This document shows, piece by piece, positions 9,381 through 18,100 of a stretch of 64,000 nt of DNA; position 1 is the first letter of the stretch, and every line of letters starts with the position of its first letter. The notes under the pieces were generated by a model that was given only the letters and a program-made list of their open reading frames with translations, did not search any database and was not told the origin of the DNA. This DNA is from Actinomycetota bacterium (lineage in GTDB: Bacteria; Actinomycetota; UBA4738; CALAEC01). Both the position numbers and the translations under genes were made by a program. The DNA lies in contig DASYVD010000098.1 of NCBI GenBank assembly GCA_036000545.1, forward strand, positions 3,126 to 67,125. Direction: 5' to 3'.

Positions 9381-9408
9381 GCTGCCGCCTCCGTCAGGCG
9401 GCGGCAGC
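9381..9408. terminator. GC-rich hairpin between convergent ponA and the small ORF (no U-tract)
   Basis: GCTGCCGCC-t-CC-gtca-GG-c-GGCGGCAGC. The stop codon of the minus-strand ORF lies in the loop. Confidence 0.3.
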
Positions 9409-9678
9409 CTCACGGAACGACAGCACGTAGGCCGTCCCGTCCATGGTGTTCCGGACCCGCAGGTGCATTAGCTCGGATAGAGGGTCCTGGACCAGATCCT
9501 CGATGGTCCAGTCCTGCTTCAACTCCACCGCCACGAACTCCGACCCGTCCGCCCGGTAGGCGATCACTTTGCGGCCCGCGGTCTCGTATCGGTACATGGC
9601 TCGTTGCACGTCTCCCCCGATCAGGCTCCTGGCGTGTTCATAACTCTTCCCTAGGTTTCGACGATGTAACCGAGACAC
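9394..9678 (-). CDS. Small hypothetical protein (94 aa)
   Basis: GTG start preceded by GAGGAAGGGAAGG. I recognise no family. GC3 is moderate at the 5' end and high later in the ORF. Confidence 0.4.
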   Translation of the reverse strand: MSRLHRRNLGKSYEHARSLIGGDVQRAMYRYETAGRKVIAYRADGSEFVAVELKQDWTIEDLVQDPLSELMHLRVRNTMDGTAYVLSFREAAAA

Positions 9679-9756
9679 CCTTCCCTTCCTCGGATGTTGT
9701 CCCGATTTAGAGATGCGCCGGAGTCGACCGTGGAGGGTCAGGTCGCGTAGTCCGCG

Positions 9757-10395
9757 CTATTCGATCAGTCGGCGGCGGAGGGCCTCGGCGACCGCGGCCG
9801 TCCGGTCGGTGGCCCCGAGCTTCTGGTAGATGTGCTCCAGGTGGGTCTTCACCGTGTCGGGGCTGATGAACAGCTTCTCGGCGATGTCCCGGTTGGTGTG
9901 CCCGAACGCCAGCAGCTGGAGGATCTCCACCTCGCGCTCGGTGAGGCTCTGGGCCGTGCGCTCCCGATGCTTGGCCACGTTCAGCTCGTCGGCCAGGACC
10001 ACCACGAGCTGGGGGTCGATGACCATGTTCCCCCCGGCCACGAGCCGGACCGTTTGGGTGAGGTGCTCGGCGTCCCGGGCCTTGAGCACGTACCCTCGGG
10101 CCCCCGCCCGAACCGCTTCCACCACGAAGTGCCGGTCGTCGTAGGCGGTCAGCATGACGATCCCGGTCTCCGGATGGCGGGCGCTGATGGTCCGTGCCGC
10201 CTCCAGCCCGTCCATCTGCGGCATCCGGATGTCCATGAGGGCGATGTCGGGGCGCTCCCGTTCCACCAGATCAACGGCCTCTCCTCCGGTGGATGCCTCG
10301 CCGACCACCTCGATGCCCTCGGCCATCTCGAGGTAGCGACGAAGCCCTTGGCGCACGAGCGAGTGGTCGTCGGCGATCACGACCCGGATGGACAC
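9757..10395 (-). CDS. NarL/LuxR-family two-component response regulator (REC + HTH)
   Basis: GTG 10395 is preceded by AAGGGAGGGG. REC: IRVVIADDHSLVRQGL...DIALMDIRMPQMDG. HTH: LTEREVEILQLLAFGHTNRDIAEKLFISPDTVKTHLEHIYQKLG. Confidence 0.85.
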   Translation of the reverse strand: MSIRVVIADDHSLVRQGLRRYLEMAEGIEVVGEASTGGEAVDLVERERPDIALMDIRMPQMDGLEAARTISARHPETGIVMLTAYDDRHFVVEAVRAGARGYVLKARDAEHLTQTVRLVAGGNMVIDPQLVVVLADELNVAKHRERTAQSLTEREVEILQLLAFGHTNRDIAEKLFISPDTVKTHLEHIYQKLGATDRTAAVAEALRRRLIE

Positions 10396-10489
10396 TGCCC
10401 CTCCCTTCGCGAGCGGCTGAATTCTAGGCCGTGGCGGCGACGCGGTCGACCGCATTGCGCGGCCACCGGATCTGGGCCCGAGGTGGTCC

Positions 10490-11719
10490 TCAGAAGACGT
10501 AGTACCAGTCCACGAAGAGGACGGTCATGACCCCCAGGCCGGCGGCGAAGACGGCCACCACGGTCTCGTGGACCCACCGCCGCCGGCCGGCAAGGACGGC
10601 GGGGGCCCAGAACAGCGGGAACAGCGTCAGGAGAAACCGAGGGAGCGACATGAACGGCCGTCCCGGAAACGCCAGCGCGAGGGGCGCCAGAAGGCTCGCC
10701 CAGGCATAGACGGAGAAGGCGGGTCGAACCCGCAGGACAAGCCACCCCGCCGCGGCGAGGGCGGGCACAACCACGAGCCAGTCCAGGAGGTGATAGCCGG
10801 CCGGATAGACACCCGGCCACCGGAACGCCTCTCGGGTCCCCGCCGCGATGGTCTCCCACGGAAGTGTCGGCTCGCGCTGCCACGTGGCTTGCTGGTGGAG
10901 CGGGGCCAGCCAGTCCCCGGACGTTCGCCACCAGTAGAAGAGGTACAGGGCCGTGCCCAGGACGGCCACCGCGGACCACAGGAGCGGGCCGACCGGGCTC
11001 TCCCGCCGCTCCCGCCACCGCTGGATCGCCTCCACCGCCAGCGGAAGCGGTAGCAGGACGCCCACGCTCCTGGTTGCCGAGGCCAGGGCTCCGGCCAGGC
11101 CGGCCACTGCCCAGCGCGCCCGCCGGGCGGCCGCCAGAGACGACACCGCAAGCAACAGGAACAGCGACTCGGAGTACGGGGCAAAGAAGAAGAACGCGGT
11201 GGGAAACACCGCCAGGTACAGGACCGCGCGGCGCGCCGTGGCCTCGTCGAAGTCCCACTCGGTGAGGAGATAGAAGACCACCAGCGCGCCGAAGAACGCC
11301 GCGTGCGAGATGAGCAAGGCCGCGGCGAGGGGATGCCCGCCGAGGAGAGGGGCCACGATCCTGATGGCTAGGGGATACAGAGGGAAGAAGGCGGCGCTTC
11401 CATCTCCGTCGACGTAGCTCCCTGTGGCCACCCGGAGGAACCACAGCCCGTCGAAGCGCTCCCACGCGGTGACCAGGTTCTGCCATCCCTGTTCGAGCGG
11501 CGGGGCCGGCCATCCCGGCGCGCCCACCGCGTCGAACGCCGGCAGGACGGCGAGTGCCACCATGGCCAGGATGGCCAGTCCCACCCGGACCCCGAGGAAG
11601 ACACCCAGGCAGTAGCGCACCGCGCGGCGGATGCGGTCTCGCTTCTCGGCCCTGCTCTCAGGGGTCGCCGGCGCCCCCGAGTGGATGGGCTCCCGGGTCC
11701 GAACCACCGGGTCGTTCAC
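10490..11719 (-). CDS. GT-C membrane glycosyltransferase, PIG-V-like mannosyltransferase family
   Basis: The GTG start overlaps the upstream stop (GTGA). WERFDGLWFLRVATGSY...AAFFPLYPLAIRIV is the typical family motif. The protein has many TM spans. Confidence 0.6.
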   Translation of the reverse strand: MNDPVVRTREPIHSGAPATPESRAEKRDRIRRAVRYCLGVFLGVRVGLAILAMVALAVLPAFDAVGAPGWPAPPLEQGWQNLVTAWERFDGLWFLRVATGSYVDGDGSAAFFPLYPLAIRIVAPLLGGHPLAAALLISHAAFFGALVVFYLLTEWDFDEATARRAVLYLAVFPTAFFFFAPYSESLFLLLAVSSLAAARRARWAVAGLAGALASATRSVGVLLPLPLAVEAIQRWRERRESPVGPLLWSAVAVLGTALYLFYWWRTSGDWLAPLHQQATWQREPTLPWETIAAGTREAFRWPGVYPAGYHLLDWLVVVPALAAAGWLVLRVRPAFSVYAWASLLAPLALAFPGRPFMSLPRFLLTLFPLFWAPAVLAGRRRWVHETVVAVFAAGLGVMTVLFVDWYYVF

Positions 11720-12903
11720 GCGGCCTCCGGGACCGGCTGGGCCGCGGAGGCGGCCGGCTCGGGTGCCAGGGTCCGCAGCCACGCGGCCACACAGACCACG
11801 AGCACGACTGCCCGCACGATCAGGGCCACCTCGAACGCTTCGAACGGCAACCCTCCGTACCCACCTTGCTCCGCGAACCACAGGAACCGCGTCACGAACA
11901 CGGCCGCGTTCGCCGCTTCGAACGCGACGAACAGCCGCCAGTCCGGGAGCACGAGGGCGAACCATGGGAGGAGCCACAGGGTCCACTGCGGGGAGAACAC
12001 CTTTCCGGTGAGCAGATAGCACACGAGGAAGGCGAACCCGAGCGTCCACCGCTCGAAGCTCGCGCTGCGCATGACCGCGACGCGCCACACGATGGCGCAC
12101 GCAGCGGCGAACGCTACGAATGCCAGGAGGTTCACGCTCGTAGCCGAGAAGGTGAACCCGAAATGGCGCTCGAGGAGGAACCACACGGTGTCCCAGTCGG
12201 CGGGCCGCTCCGCATTGAACTCGAAGGCGGAGAACCACCGCCTCGGGGCGACGGCGGCGAACGGGAGGTTGACCGCCACCCATGCGAGGATGGCGGCGCC
12301 GGCCAGACGCTGTGCATCCTCCCGCCGCCCTTCCTTCGCTCGCCACGCCGAGAGCGGCACGACCAGGAAGCCGGGATACGGGATCTTGATCGCGGAGGCC
12401 AGGCCGAGGAAGGCTCCGGCCGGGCCGTCACGTCTTCGGAGGTAGGCGGCAGTTCCAACGGTCGCCAGCGCGACGAGCGGCAGGTCCCAGTTCATGAACC
12501 CGTAGATCAAGAGGGTCGGGGCCCCCGCGAAGAACAGCGCCTTCATCCCCACCAGCCGGTAGAGCACCCAGGACGTGACGAGAGCGGCGACGGTCCACAG
12601 GAGCACGGTCCAGTTGAAGAAGGAGACCGGCGACGTTGCCGGCAGGCTCACCAGGCGCATCAGGTAGGTGGTCCCGGCCGGGTATTTCTCCATCTCGACG
12701 GCCGGCGGCGTGCCCTCCTCTCCGATCGCCGAGAGGGCGAAGACATCCGAGTAGCAGAGCCGGGTGTACTGCCTCCCGTCCCACGGGCCGATGAGACAGG
12801 GGAGCTTCAGGAGGTAGCCAAAGGCGAGGGTCAGGAGCGTGACCCCGAGGACGACCCCTACGCCCGTCGGCGGGATGCGCGGGGGGGTAGCTCGCCCGGA
12901 CAC
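11716..12903 (-). CDS. GT-C membrane glycosyltransferase, DUF2029/GT87-like
   Basis: 395 aa polytopic protein with an early loop YTRLCYSDVFAL. As I recall, a membrane GT next to PBP1 matches Rv0051. Confidence 0.6.
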   Translation of the reverse strand: MSGRATPPRIPPTGVGVVLGVTLLTLAFGYLLKLPCLIGPWDGRQYTRLCYSDVFALSAIGEEGTPPAVEMEKYPAGTTYLMRLVSLPATSPVSFFNWTVLLWTVAALVTSWVLYRLVGMKALFFAGAPTLLIYGFMNWDLPLVALATVGTAAYLRRRDGPAGAFLGLASAIKIPYPGFLVVPLSAWRAKEGRREDAQRLAGAAILAWVAVNLPFAAVAPRRWFSAFEFNAERPADWDTVWFLLERHFGFTFSATSVNLLAFVAFAAACAIVWRVAVMRSASFERWTLGFAFLVCYLLTGKVFSPQWTLWLLPWFALVLPDWRLFVAFEAANAAVFVTRFLWFAEQGGYGGLPFEAFEVALIVRAVVLVVCVAAWLRTLAPEPAASAAQPVPEAA

Positions 12904-12966
12904 CCCCCGATTATCGAGGATGGGTGCCGAGCCAAGCGCCCACCTGGCAGGAGATTGGTCGTTCGA

Positions 12967-14769
12967 CTAGAGGGCCGAGACGAACCCCGGACAATCGTCG
13001 AGCGGAGCCCCCTCGAACTCGGGGAATCCGGCCAGTCCGCCGGATTGGATCTCCTCCGCTGTGAGCTCGTCGCGGATGGAACCGGTCGACTCCATCACGG
13101 AGTCGTCGACCGGTTGGTAGAAGGCTCGCTCGACGGTCCATGTCTTTTCGTCTTCAGCCGGGTACGCGACACTCGCGACGAGCATTCCCGCCTTCCCGGC
13201 GCAGCCGAGCGCGCTGATGCCGCTCAGGCTGCCGGCGTAGGAGAACAGCACCTTTTCTGCATCATCCGGGCCCCTCGCCACCAGGACTGTGAGGGAGCCG
13301 CCGCTCATCGCGTAGATCTGGCCGAACTCCGTGGCCACGCCGCTCTGCAGGTGGACGAAGATCTCCAGGCCACCCCGGCCGTTGATGTCCGCCAGCGATT
13401 GGACGGCCACGAGCTCATCGTTGGTGCCCTCTACATAGGTGAGGTCGATGCGGGTTGCTCGAGTGGCCGCGTCGGTCTCGACCACGAGGAAGTACCGGCA
13501 GGTAAGCTCCTGGCTCTGAGGATCGATGGCCACGGAGACCTCGTCCTCGAGCCCGTCGCCGTCGACGTCGCCTCGGAGTGAGCCAGGTTTCCGGAGAGTC
13601 GGGTCGCTGGCCGCCTCCTCCTCGCTGAGGCACCGGGCCTCGGCCTCGTCTTCGGAACCCTCGTCAGGCTCCGGTGTCCCCGAGGCTCGAGGGTTCCACG
13701 CTGGGGTGACGGCGTCGCCAGGAAGCTCGCTAATGGGCCGCATCCCGGTGCCATCGGCGTTCACCACGAACAGGTCGTTCTTGCTCTCGCCTTCCGCCGA
13801 GAACACGATCCGCCGGCCGTCGGGGGACCAGGACGGATTCGACTTGGTGGCGGGGCCTGAGGTCACCTGGCGCACCGCCGAGCCGTCCGCGTTGGCCACG
13901 AAGATCTGTGATACGTCGTCCCGGTTCCTCACGAAGGCCACCCGGGTTCCGTCCGGGGACGCGGCGGGCTGGTATGCGCTGGGGCCCCCCCCGGTCAACG
14001 GGGTCGGCGGCGGCGGTTCGAGCTGGCTCGCGCTGGGCACGTTCAGTGTGTACAAGTCCGCATGCTCTACGCCGTCCATCGGGTCGTGAGCGAAGTAGAT
14101 CTGGGTGCCGTCCACCGACCATGCCGGGTCGTAGTCGGCGCCGGGGTCGGTGGTGAGCCTCGACACCCCGCTACCGCCGGCCTCGTCCCCGTCAGAGGCG
14201 ATCCAGTAGAGGTCGGTGTTGCCGTCGCGCTGGCTGACGAAGGCGAGCTTCGTCCCATCGGGCGACCAGGCCGGGCTGACGTCGTCGGCGGGATCGTCGG
14301 TCACCTGTCGCTCCTCCCCGGTCGCGAGGTCGAGGACGTAGATCTCGAAGTCACCATCGCGGTCGCTGTCGAATGCGAGCCTCGTTCCATCCGGCGACCA
14401 CGACGGGTCGCTACGTCGTCCCGGGTCCTTCGTGAGGGGCCTCACGTCAGTACCGTCTGCTCGCATGGCGTAGATGCCCGGCTTCCCATCCAGCTCCCCC
14501 GCGAAGGCGATGTCCGGGAGAGACAAGGTTGAGTCCGGAGTCTCCAATGCTTCTTCTCGCCGGTCGGAGCCGAACATGCGCCCCAGCGTGAAGGTCACTC
14601 CCGATGTGACGACCACCACGGCCGCGGTGAGAGAGATCATCTGCGCCCGGCGTACCGCTCTGCGCCGGGACCGCTTCCGTGCCACCCGCTCGAACGCCCC
14701 CGCCGGATCGGCCGGGGCCGTTGCCCGCTCCATGGCCCGGCGGATCCGATCGTCGAGGTCAAACAACAT
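12967..14769 (-). CDS. Putative membrane anti-sigma factor with extracytoplasmic PD40 (TolB-like) beta-propeller and FG-GAP-like C-terminal domain
   Basis: ATG 14769 has GGAG 5 nt upstream and overlaps the sigma gene by 11 nt. There is one TM span (MISLTAAVVVVTSGVTFTLG). There are five SWSPDG/AWSPDG PD40 repeats. The C-terminal ~230 aa carry GDVDGDGLEDE and DINGRGGLE loops. Confidence 0.65.
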   Translation of the reverse strand: MLFDLDDRIRRAMERATAPADPAGAFERVARKRSRRRAVRRAQMISLTAAVVVVTSGVTFTLGRMFGSDRREEALETPDSTLSLPDIAFAGELDGKPGIYAMRADGTDVRPLTKDPGRRSDPSWSPDGTRLAFDSDRDGDFEIYVLDLATGEERQVTDDPADDVSPAWSPDGTKLAFVSQRDGNTDLYWIASDGDEAGGSGVSRLTTDPGADYDPAWSVDGTQIYFAHDPMDGVEHADLYTLNVPSASQLEPPPPTPLTGGGPSAYQPAASPDGTRVAFVRNRDDVSQIFVANADGSAVRQVTSGPATKSNPSWSPDGRRIVFSAEGESKNDLFVVNADGTGMRPISELPGDAVTPAWNPRASGTPEPDEGSEDEAEARCLSEEEAASDPTLRKPGSLRGDVDGDGLEDEVSVAIDPQSQELTCRYFLVVETDAATRATRIDLTYVEGTNDELVAVQSLADINGRGGLEIFVHLQSGVATEFGQIYAMSGGSLTVLVARGPDDAEKVLFSYAGSLSGISALGCAGKAGMLVASVAYPAEDEKTWTVERAFYQPVDDSVMESTGSIRDELTAEEIQSGGLAGFPEFEGAPLDDCPGFVSAL

Positions 14770-15253
14770 CGTTCTCCGGCTCGCGCTCCCCGAGCTCCAA
14801 CGCAAGCTTGCGGCGAGCCCGGTGGAGCGAAGTCTTGGCAGTTCCCTCGCTGATGCCCATCACCTTCGCGACCTCCGCGACGTCGAGGCCCAGGTAGTAA
14901 CGGAGCACCGACGCCTCTCGCTGCTTGCGCGGGAGCCTCTGTAGCGCCCGGCGAAGGTCGATGGCGTCCTCGTCGGCTCCCGGGAGGTCCGGTATCGGAG
15001 CGAGCCGCTCTCGCGCTCGGCGCTCCGCCAGGACCCGCCGGAACCCGCTCCGTGCGTGGTTGAGCGCCACCGTGGCCACCCACGCCGGCAGGTTGCGGAT
15101 CTCCTCGCCGCGCTCCGTTCGTTCCCACGCCCGGGCGAGGGCCTCGCAGACGGAGTCCTCGCCGGCCGCCCGGCTGCCGCAAGCGAGGCTCACGGCGGCC
15201 ACCAACCGGGGGTAGTCGGTACGCAGGAACTCCCGGATCGTGGGTTCGTCCAG
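14759..15253 (-). CDS. ECF-type sigma-70 family factor (start probably CTG 15253)
   Basis: Region 2: EFLRTDYPRLVAAVSLACGSRAAGEDSVCEALARAW. Region 4: LPRKQREASVLRYYLGLDVAEVAKVMGISEGTAKTSLHRARRKL. The frame opens right after TAG 15254-15256. GAAGGAG lies 7 nt upstream of the CTG. Confidence 0.8.
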   Translation of the reverse strand: MDEPTIREFLRTDYPRLVAAVSLACGSRAAGEDSVCEALARAWERTERGEEIRNLPAWVATVALNHARSGFRRVLAERRARERLAPIPDLPGADEDAIDLRRALQRLPRKQREASVLRYYLGLDVAEVAKVMGISEGTAKTSLHRARRKLALELGEREPENDVV

Positions 15254-15317
15254 CTATGGGCTCCTTCTGCCACTCGTCAGGTAGACGCCGGGCAGGTGCC
15301 TCAGGTTGACACCGGAG

Positions 15318-15323
15318 GATAAT
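15318..15323 (+). promoter_or_regulatory. Candidate -10 hexamer GATAAT giving a leaderless mRNA for the lipoprotein gene
   Basis: GATAAT + 6 nt (tcgcgc) + ATG 15330. Confidence 0.45.
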
Positions 15324-15329
15324 TCGCGC

Positions 15330-15902
15330 ATGCGGCGCCTCGCGCTCATCCTGCTCGCCTTCGTGGTGGCCGGGGCGTGCCGTCAGGAGCCGACCACGCC
15401 TCCCGAAGCGAGCCCGACCCACACCGCTAGCCCGACACCGAAGGAGCTGCCCGGGGCGTCGTGCGAGGAACGCATGGCGGGCGACGCGGAGAACACGCCG
15501 GACTTCATCGCCGTGGACGTCAAGTCCAAAGGCGGGGTGGACCGCGTCACGTTCCGGTTCCGCAAGCGCGAGGGGGCTCCGGACGTCCCACCGTTCTACA
15601 TCGTGCGGTTCGTGGACGAGCCGACCACCGACCCGCAGGGCGCGCCGGCCGACATCGAGGGAGAGGCCTTCGTGCAAATCATCTTCCAGGCGTTCGGCGT
15701 CGACCTCTCGGGCGAGGAGCCGGTCGAGATCTACAAGGGCCCGAAGGAGTTCACCCCGGGCTTCCCGACGATCCTCGAGGTCGAGGAGCTCGGCGACTTC
15801 GAGGCCACCATCTCGTGGGGGATCGGCCTGTCCACCCGTGCCTGCTTCGTCGTGGATCCCACACCAACAAGGATCACGCTGGAGTTCCCGTCTCAGGGCT
15901 GA
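15330..15902 (+). CDS. Lipoprotein (AMIN-like / unknown fold)
   Basis: MRRLALILLAFVVAGAC is a signal peptide with a lipobox cysteine. A Pro/Thr linker is followed by a beta-rich domain (DRVTFRF ... ISWGIGL ... RITLEF). Confidence 0.6.
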   Translation: MRRLALILLAFVVAGACRQEPTTPPEASPTHTASPTPKELPGASCEERMAGDAENTPDFIAVDVKSKGGVDRVTFRFRKREGAPDVPPFYIVRFVDEPTTDPQGAPADIEGEAFVQIIFQAFGVDLSGEEPVEIYKGPKEFTPGFPTILEVEELGDFEATISWGIGLSTRACFVVDPTPTRITLEFPSQG

Positions 15903-16046
15903 GCCCCGTCGGCCTGTCTCGGTTCCGTCGAGGTTAGCCCGGGCCCATCCACCGGATGCTTCTTCTTAGGTCCCTGTACACTTTCCGCAGAGCCGTGCAC
16001 TCCGCGGGCCCACCGGGCCCCCAGAGAAAGGAAGGAGGCGCGAGCC

Positions 16047-16829
16047 ATGGTCACGATCCACGACCTCGCGACCTGGAAGGCCGAGGGCCGTCGGTTCCCG
16101 ATGCTCACGGCGTACGACTTCCCCACCGCCCGAATCCTCGACGAGGCAGGCATCCCAGCGCTCCTCGTGGGCGACTCGGTGGGGAACAACGTCCTCGGCT
16201 ACCCGAACACCCTGCCGGTGACCATGGAGGAGATGCTCCACCACACCAGGGCGGTCGTCCGTGGGGCAAAGAACGCCCTGATCGTGGGCGACATGCCGTT
16301 CCTCTCCTATCAGCCCTCGATCGAGGAGGGGGTGCGCAACGCCGGTCTGTTCATCAAGACCGGAGCCCACGCCGTGAAGGTGGAAGGGGCTCAGGTGGAA
16401 CTCACCGCCCGGCTGACCGAGCTGGGGATCCCGGTGATGGGTCACGTCGGCCTGACTCCCCAGTTCATCCACGCTCTCGGCGGCTACCGGGTACAGGGGC
16501 GCACCGAGGAAGCCGCACTCCGTTTGCGACAGCAGGCCGAGGCGCTGGAGAAGGCGGGCATCTTCTCGCTCGTGTTGGAAGGGCTGCCGGCGCAGGTGGG
16601 AAAGAGCATCACCGAGGCGCTCTCGGTGCCGACGATCGGCATCGGGGCGGGCCCGCATACCGACGGCCAGGTACTGGTGGTGAACGACATGCTGGGCCTG
16701 AACGACTGGGTCCCCAAGTTCGTGAAGACATATGCGAGCCTGCGCGAGGAGATCGACCGGGCCGTGCGGGAGTTCGCCGCGGAGGTCGAGGCGGGCACGT
16801 TCCCGGACCCGGCGCACTCGTACGACTGA
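16047..16829 (+). CDS. panB: 3-methyl-2-oxobutanoate hydroxymethyltransferase
   Basis: FPMLTAYDFPTARILDEAGIPALLVGDSVGNNVLGY, GDMPFLSYQ, VKVEG. GAAGGAGG lies upstream of the ATG. Confidence 0.95.
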   Translation: MVTIHDLATWKAEGRRFPMLTAYDFPTARILDEAGIPALLVGDSVGNNVLGYPNTLPVTMEEMLHHTRAVVRGAKNALIVGDMPFLSYQPSIEEGVRNAGLFIKTGAHAVKVEGAQVELTARLTELGIPVMGHVGLTPQFIHALGGYRVQGRTEEAALRLRQQAEALEKAGIFSLVLEGLPAQVGKSITEALSVPTIGIGAGPHTDGQVLVVNDMLGLNDWVPKFVKTYASLREEIDRAVREFAAEVEAGTFPDPAHSYD

Positions 16830-16867
16830 CGGGCCGGTGAGTCGCCCGAGCGCGTAGGCTTCGCCTC

Positions 16868-17947
16868 GTGGCGAAGCGTGGCCGGGCGATCCGCGGTCTC
16901 TCCTACGCCGCCCTCACGGTGACCGGACTGGCTCTCCTTCCCCCGGTACAGGCTCGAGGAAAAGCGGTGGCCGTCCTGGCCGACGCGATCGGCCTTCCCT
17001 TCCCCAGGCCTGCCGCCGCGCCGGTATCCCGGGTAGTCGCCACCATCGGCGGCGTACCCGGCGACCTGTACTCGCCCGGTCAGCCCGCTCCCGCCATCGT
17101 CCTCATCCCCGGCGCCGCGCCCGGCGGGAAGGACGATCCCCGGGTGATCCGGGTGGCCAGGGCCCTGGCCCGCGCGAAGCGGGTGGTCTTCGTTCCCACG
17201 CTGGAGCTGGCCGAGCGGAGGTTCGTCGACGAGGACATCGATCGCATCGCCCGCTGCACGGCGGCACTGGCTGACCACCAGCTGGCCCGGGGCCGGGTGA
17301 CCCTTCTGGGGTTCTCCTACGGAGGCTCCTTCGGCCTCGTCGCAGCGGCCGACCCCCGCCTCGACGGAAAGCTCGCCCAGGTGGCCGTGTTCGGTGCCTA
17401 TTACGACCTGATCGGCCTGGTACAGGCCGTGACCACCGGCGTCTCCCTCGTGGACGGGCGGCGTATCCCCTGGCAGGGCCATCCGATGGCCCAGCCGATC
17501 CTACGGGCTCGAGCAGTCACCCTGGCCCCGGGGAAGGAGCAGAACGCGCTCCTGATGGCGCTGGAGGATGAGTCCCCGGAAGGCCTGAGTCCTCGGGCCC
17601 GGGCCATCTACGACCTTCTCGTGAACGAGGATCCCGCCAGGACGTTCGACCTCGCGGCGCGGCTGCCCAGGCCCGCTCGCGACCTCCTATCGCGATTCTC
17701 GCCATCGTCGGTGGCGAGCCAGATCGACGTGCCGGTGGTGGCCATGCATTCCACCGACGACCCGGCGGTTCCGTTCGGGGAGGCCCTTCGGCTGGAGCGG
17801 GGAATCCCCGGGACCCGCCTGGTGAACGTGGAGGTGTTCCGCCACGTCGACTTCTCCCTGTCCTCGCCCAACGCGTGGCTCCAGGCCTCCGACGACCTGT
17901 GGAACGCGTGGCGCTTCACGTCCTGGATCCTCGCGGCACAGGAGTGA
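16868..17947 (+). CDS. Alpha/beta-hydrolase fold protein, membrane/secreted
   Basis: Nucleophile elbow GFSYGG. N-terminal hydrophobic segment. The C-terminal HSTDDPAVPF...FRHVDF fits Asp/His triad context. TAGGCT lies 7 nt upstream of the GTG. Confidence 0.6.
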   Translation: MAKRGRAIRGLSYAALTVTGLALLPPVQARGKAVAVLADAIGLPFPRPAAAPVSRVVATIGGVPGDLYSPGQPAPAIVLIPGAAPGGKDDPRVIRVARALARAKRVVFVPTLELAERRFVDEDIDRIARCTAALADHQLARGRVTLLGFSYGGSFGLVAAADPRLDGKLAQVAVFGAYYDLIGLVQAVTTGVSLVDGRRIPWQGHPMAQPILRARAVTLAPGKEQNALLMALEDESPEGLSPRARAIYDLLVNEDPARTFDLAARLPRPARDLLSRFSPSSVASQIDVPVVAMHSTDDPAVPFGEALRLERGIPGTRLVNVEVFRHVDFSLSSPNAWLQASDDLWNAWRFTSWILAAQE

Positions 17948-18035
17948 GCGGAAGGGCACGGAGGGCCCGACCGAGTCGTGTCACACCCGGCTGGTAGCGT
18001 GGGGCGAGCATGGACCAGGCGGCCTCGGGCCCGGC

Positions 18036-18044
18036 TGCTAGAAT
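18036..18044 (+). promoter_or_regulatory. Candidate extended -10 (TGcTAGAAT) promoter of the rpsF-ssb-rpsR-rplI operon
   Basis: TGCTAGAAT lies 57 nt upstream of the TTG start of rpsF. Confidence 0.4.
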
Positions 18045-18100
18045 CTGGTTTCGTCCACCCCTGCTCCCCCTGGGGGCCGCAGAGACCGAAGGAGGTGGCA

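Noticed and set aside
10490-12346. A 618-aa ORF in the track suggesting a much larger glycosyltransferase.
   Set aside because: The N-terminal ~200 aa are Arg-rich junk overlapping the upstream GT87-like gene in another frame. A GTGA-coupled GTG at 11719 gives a sensible 410-aa membrane protein.
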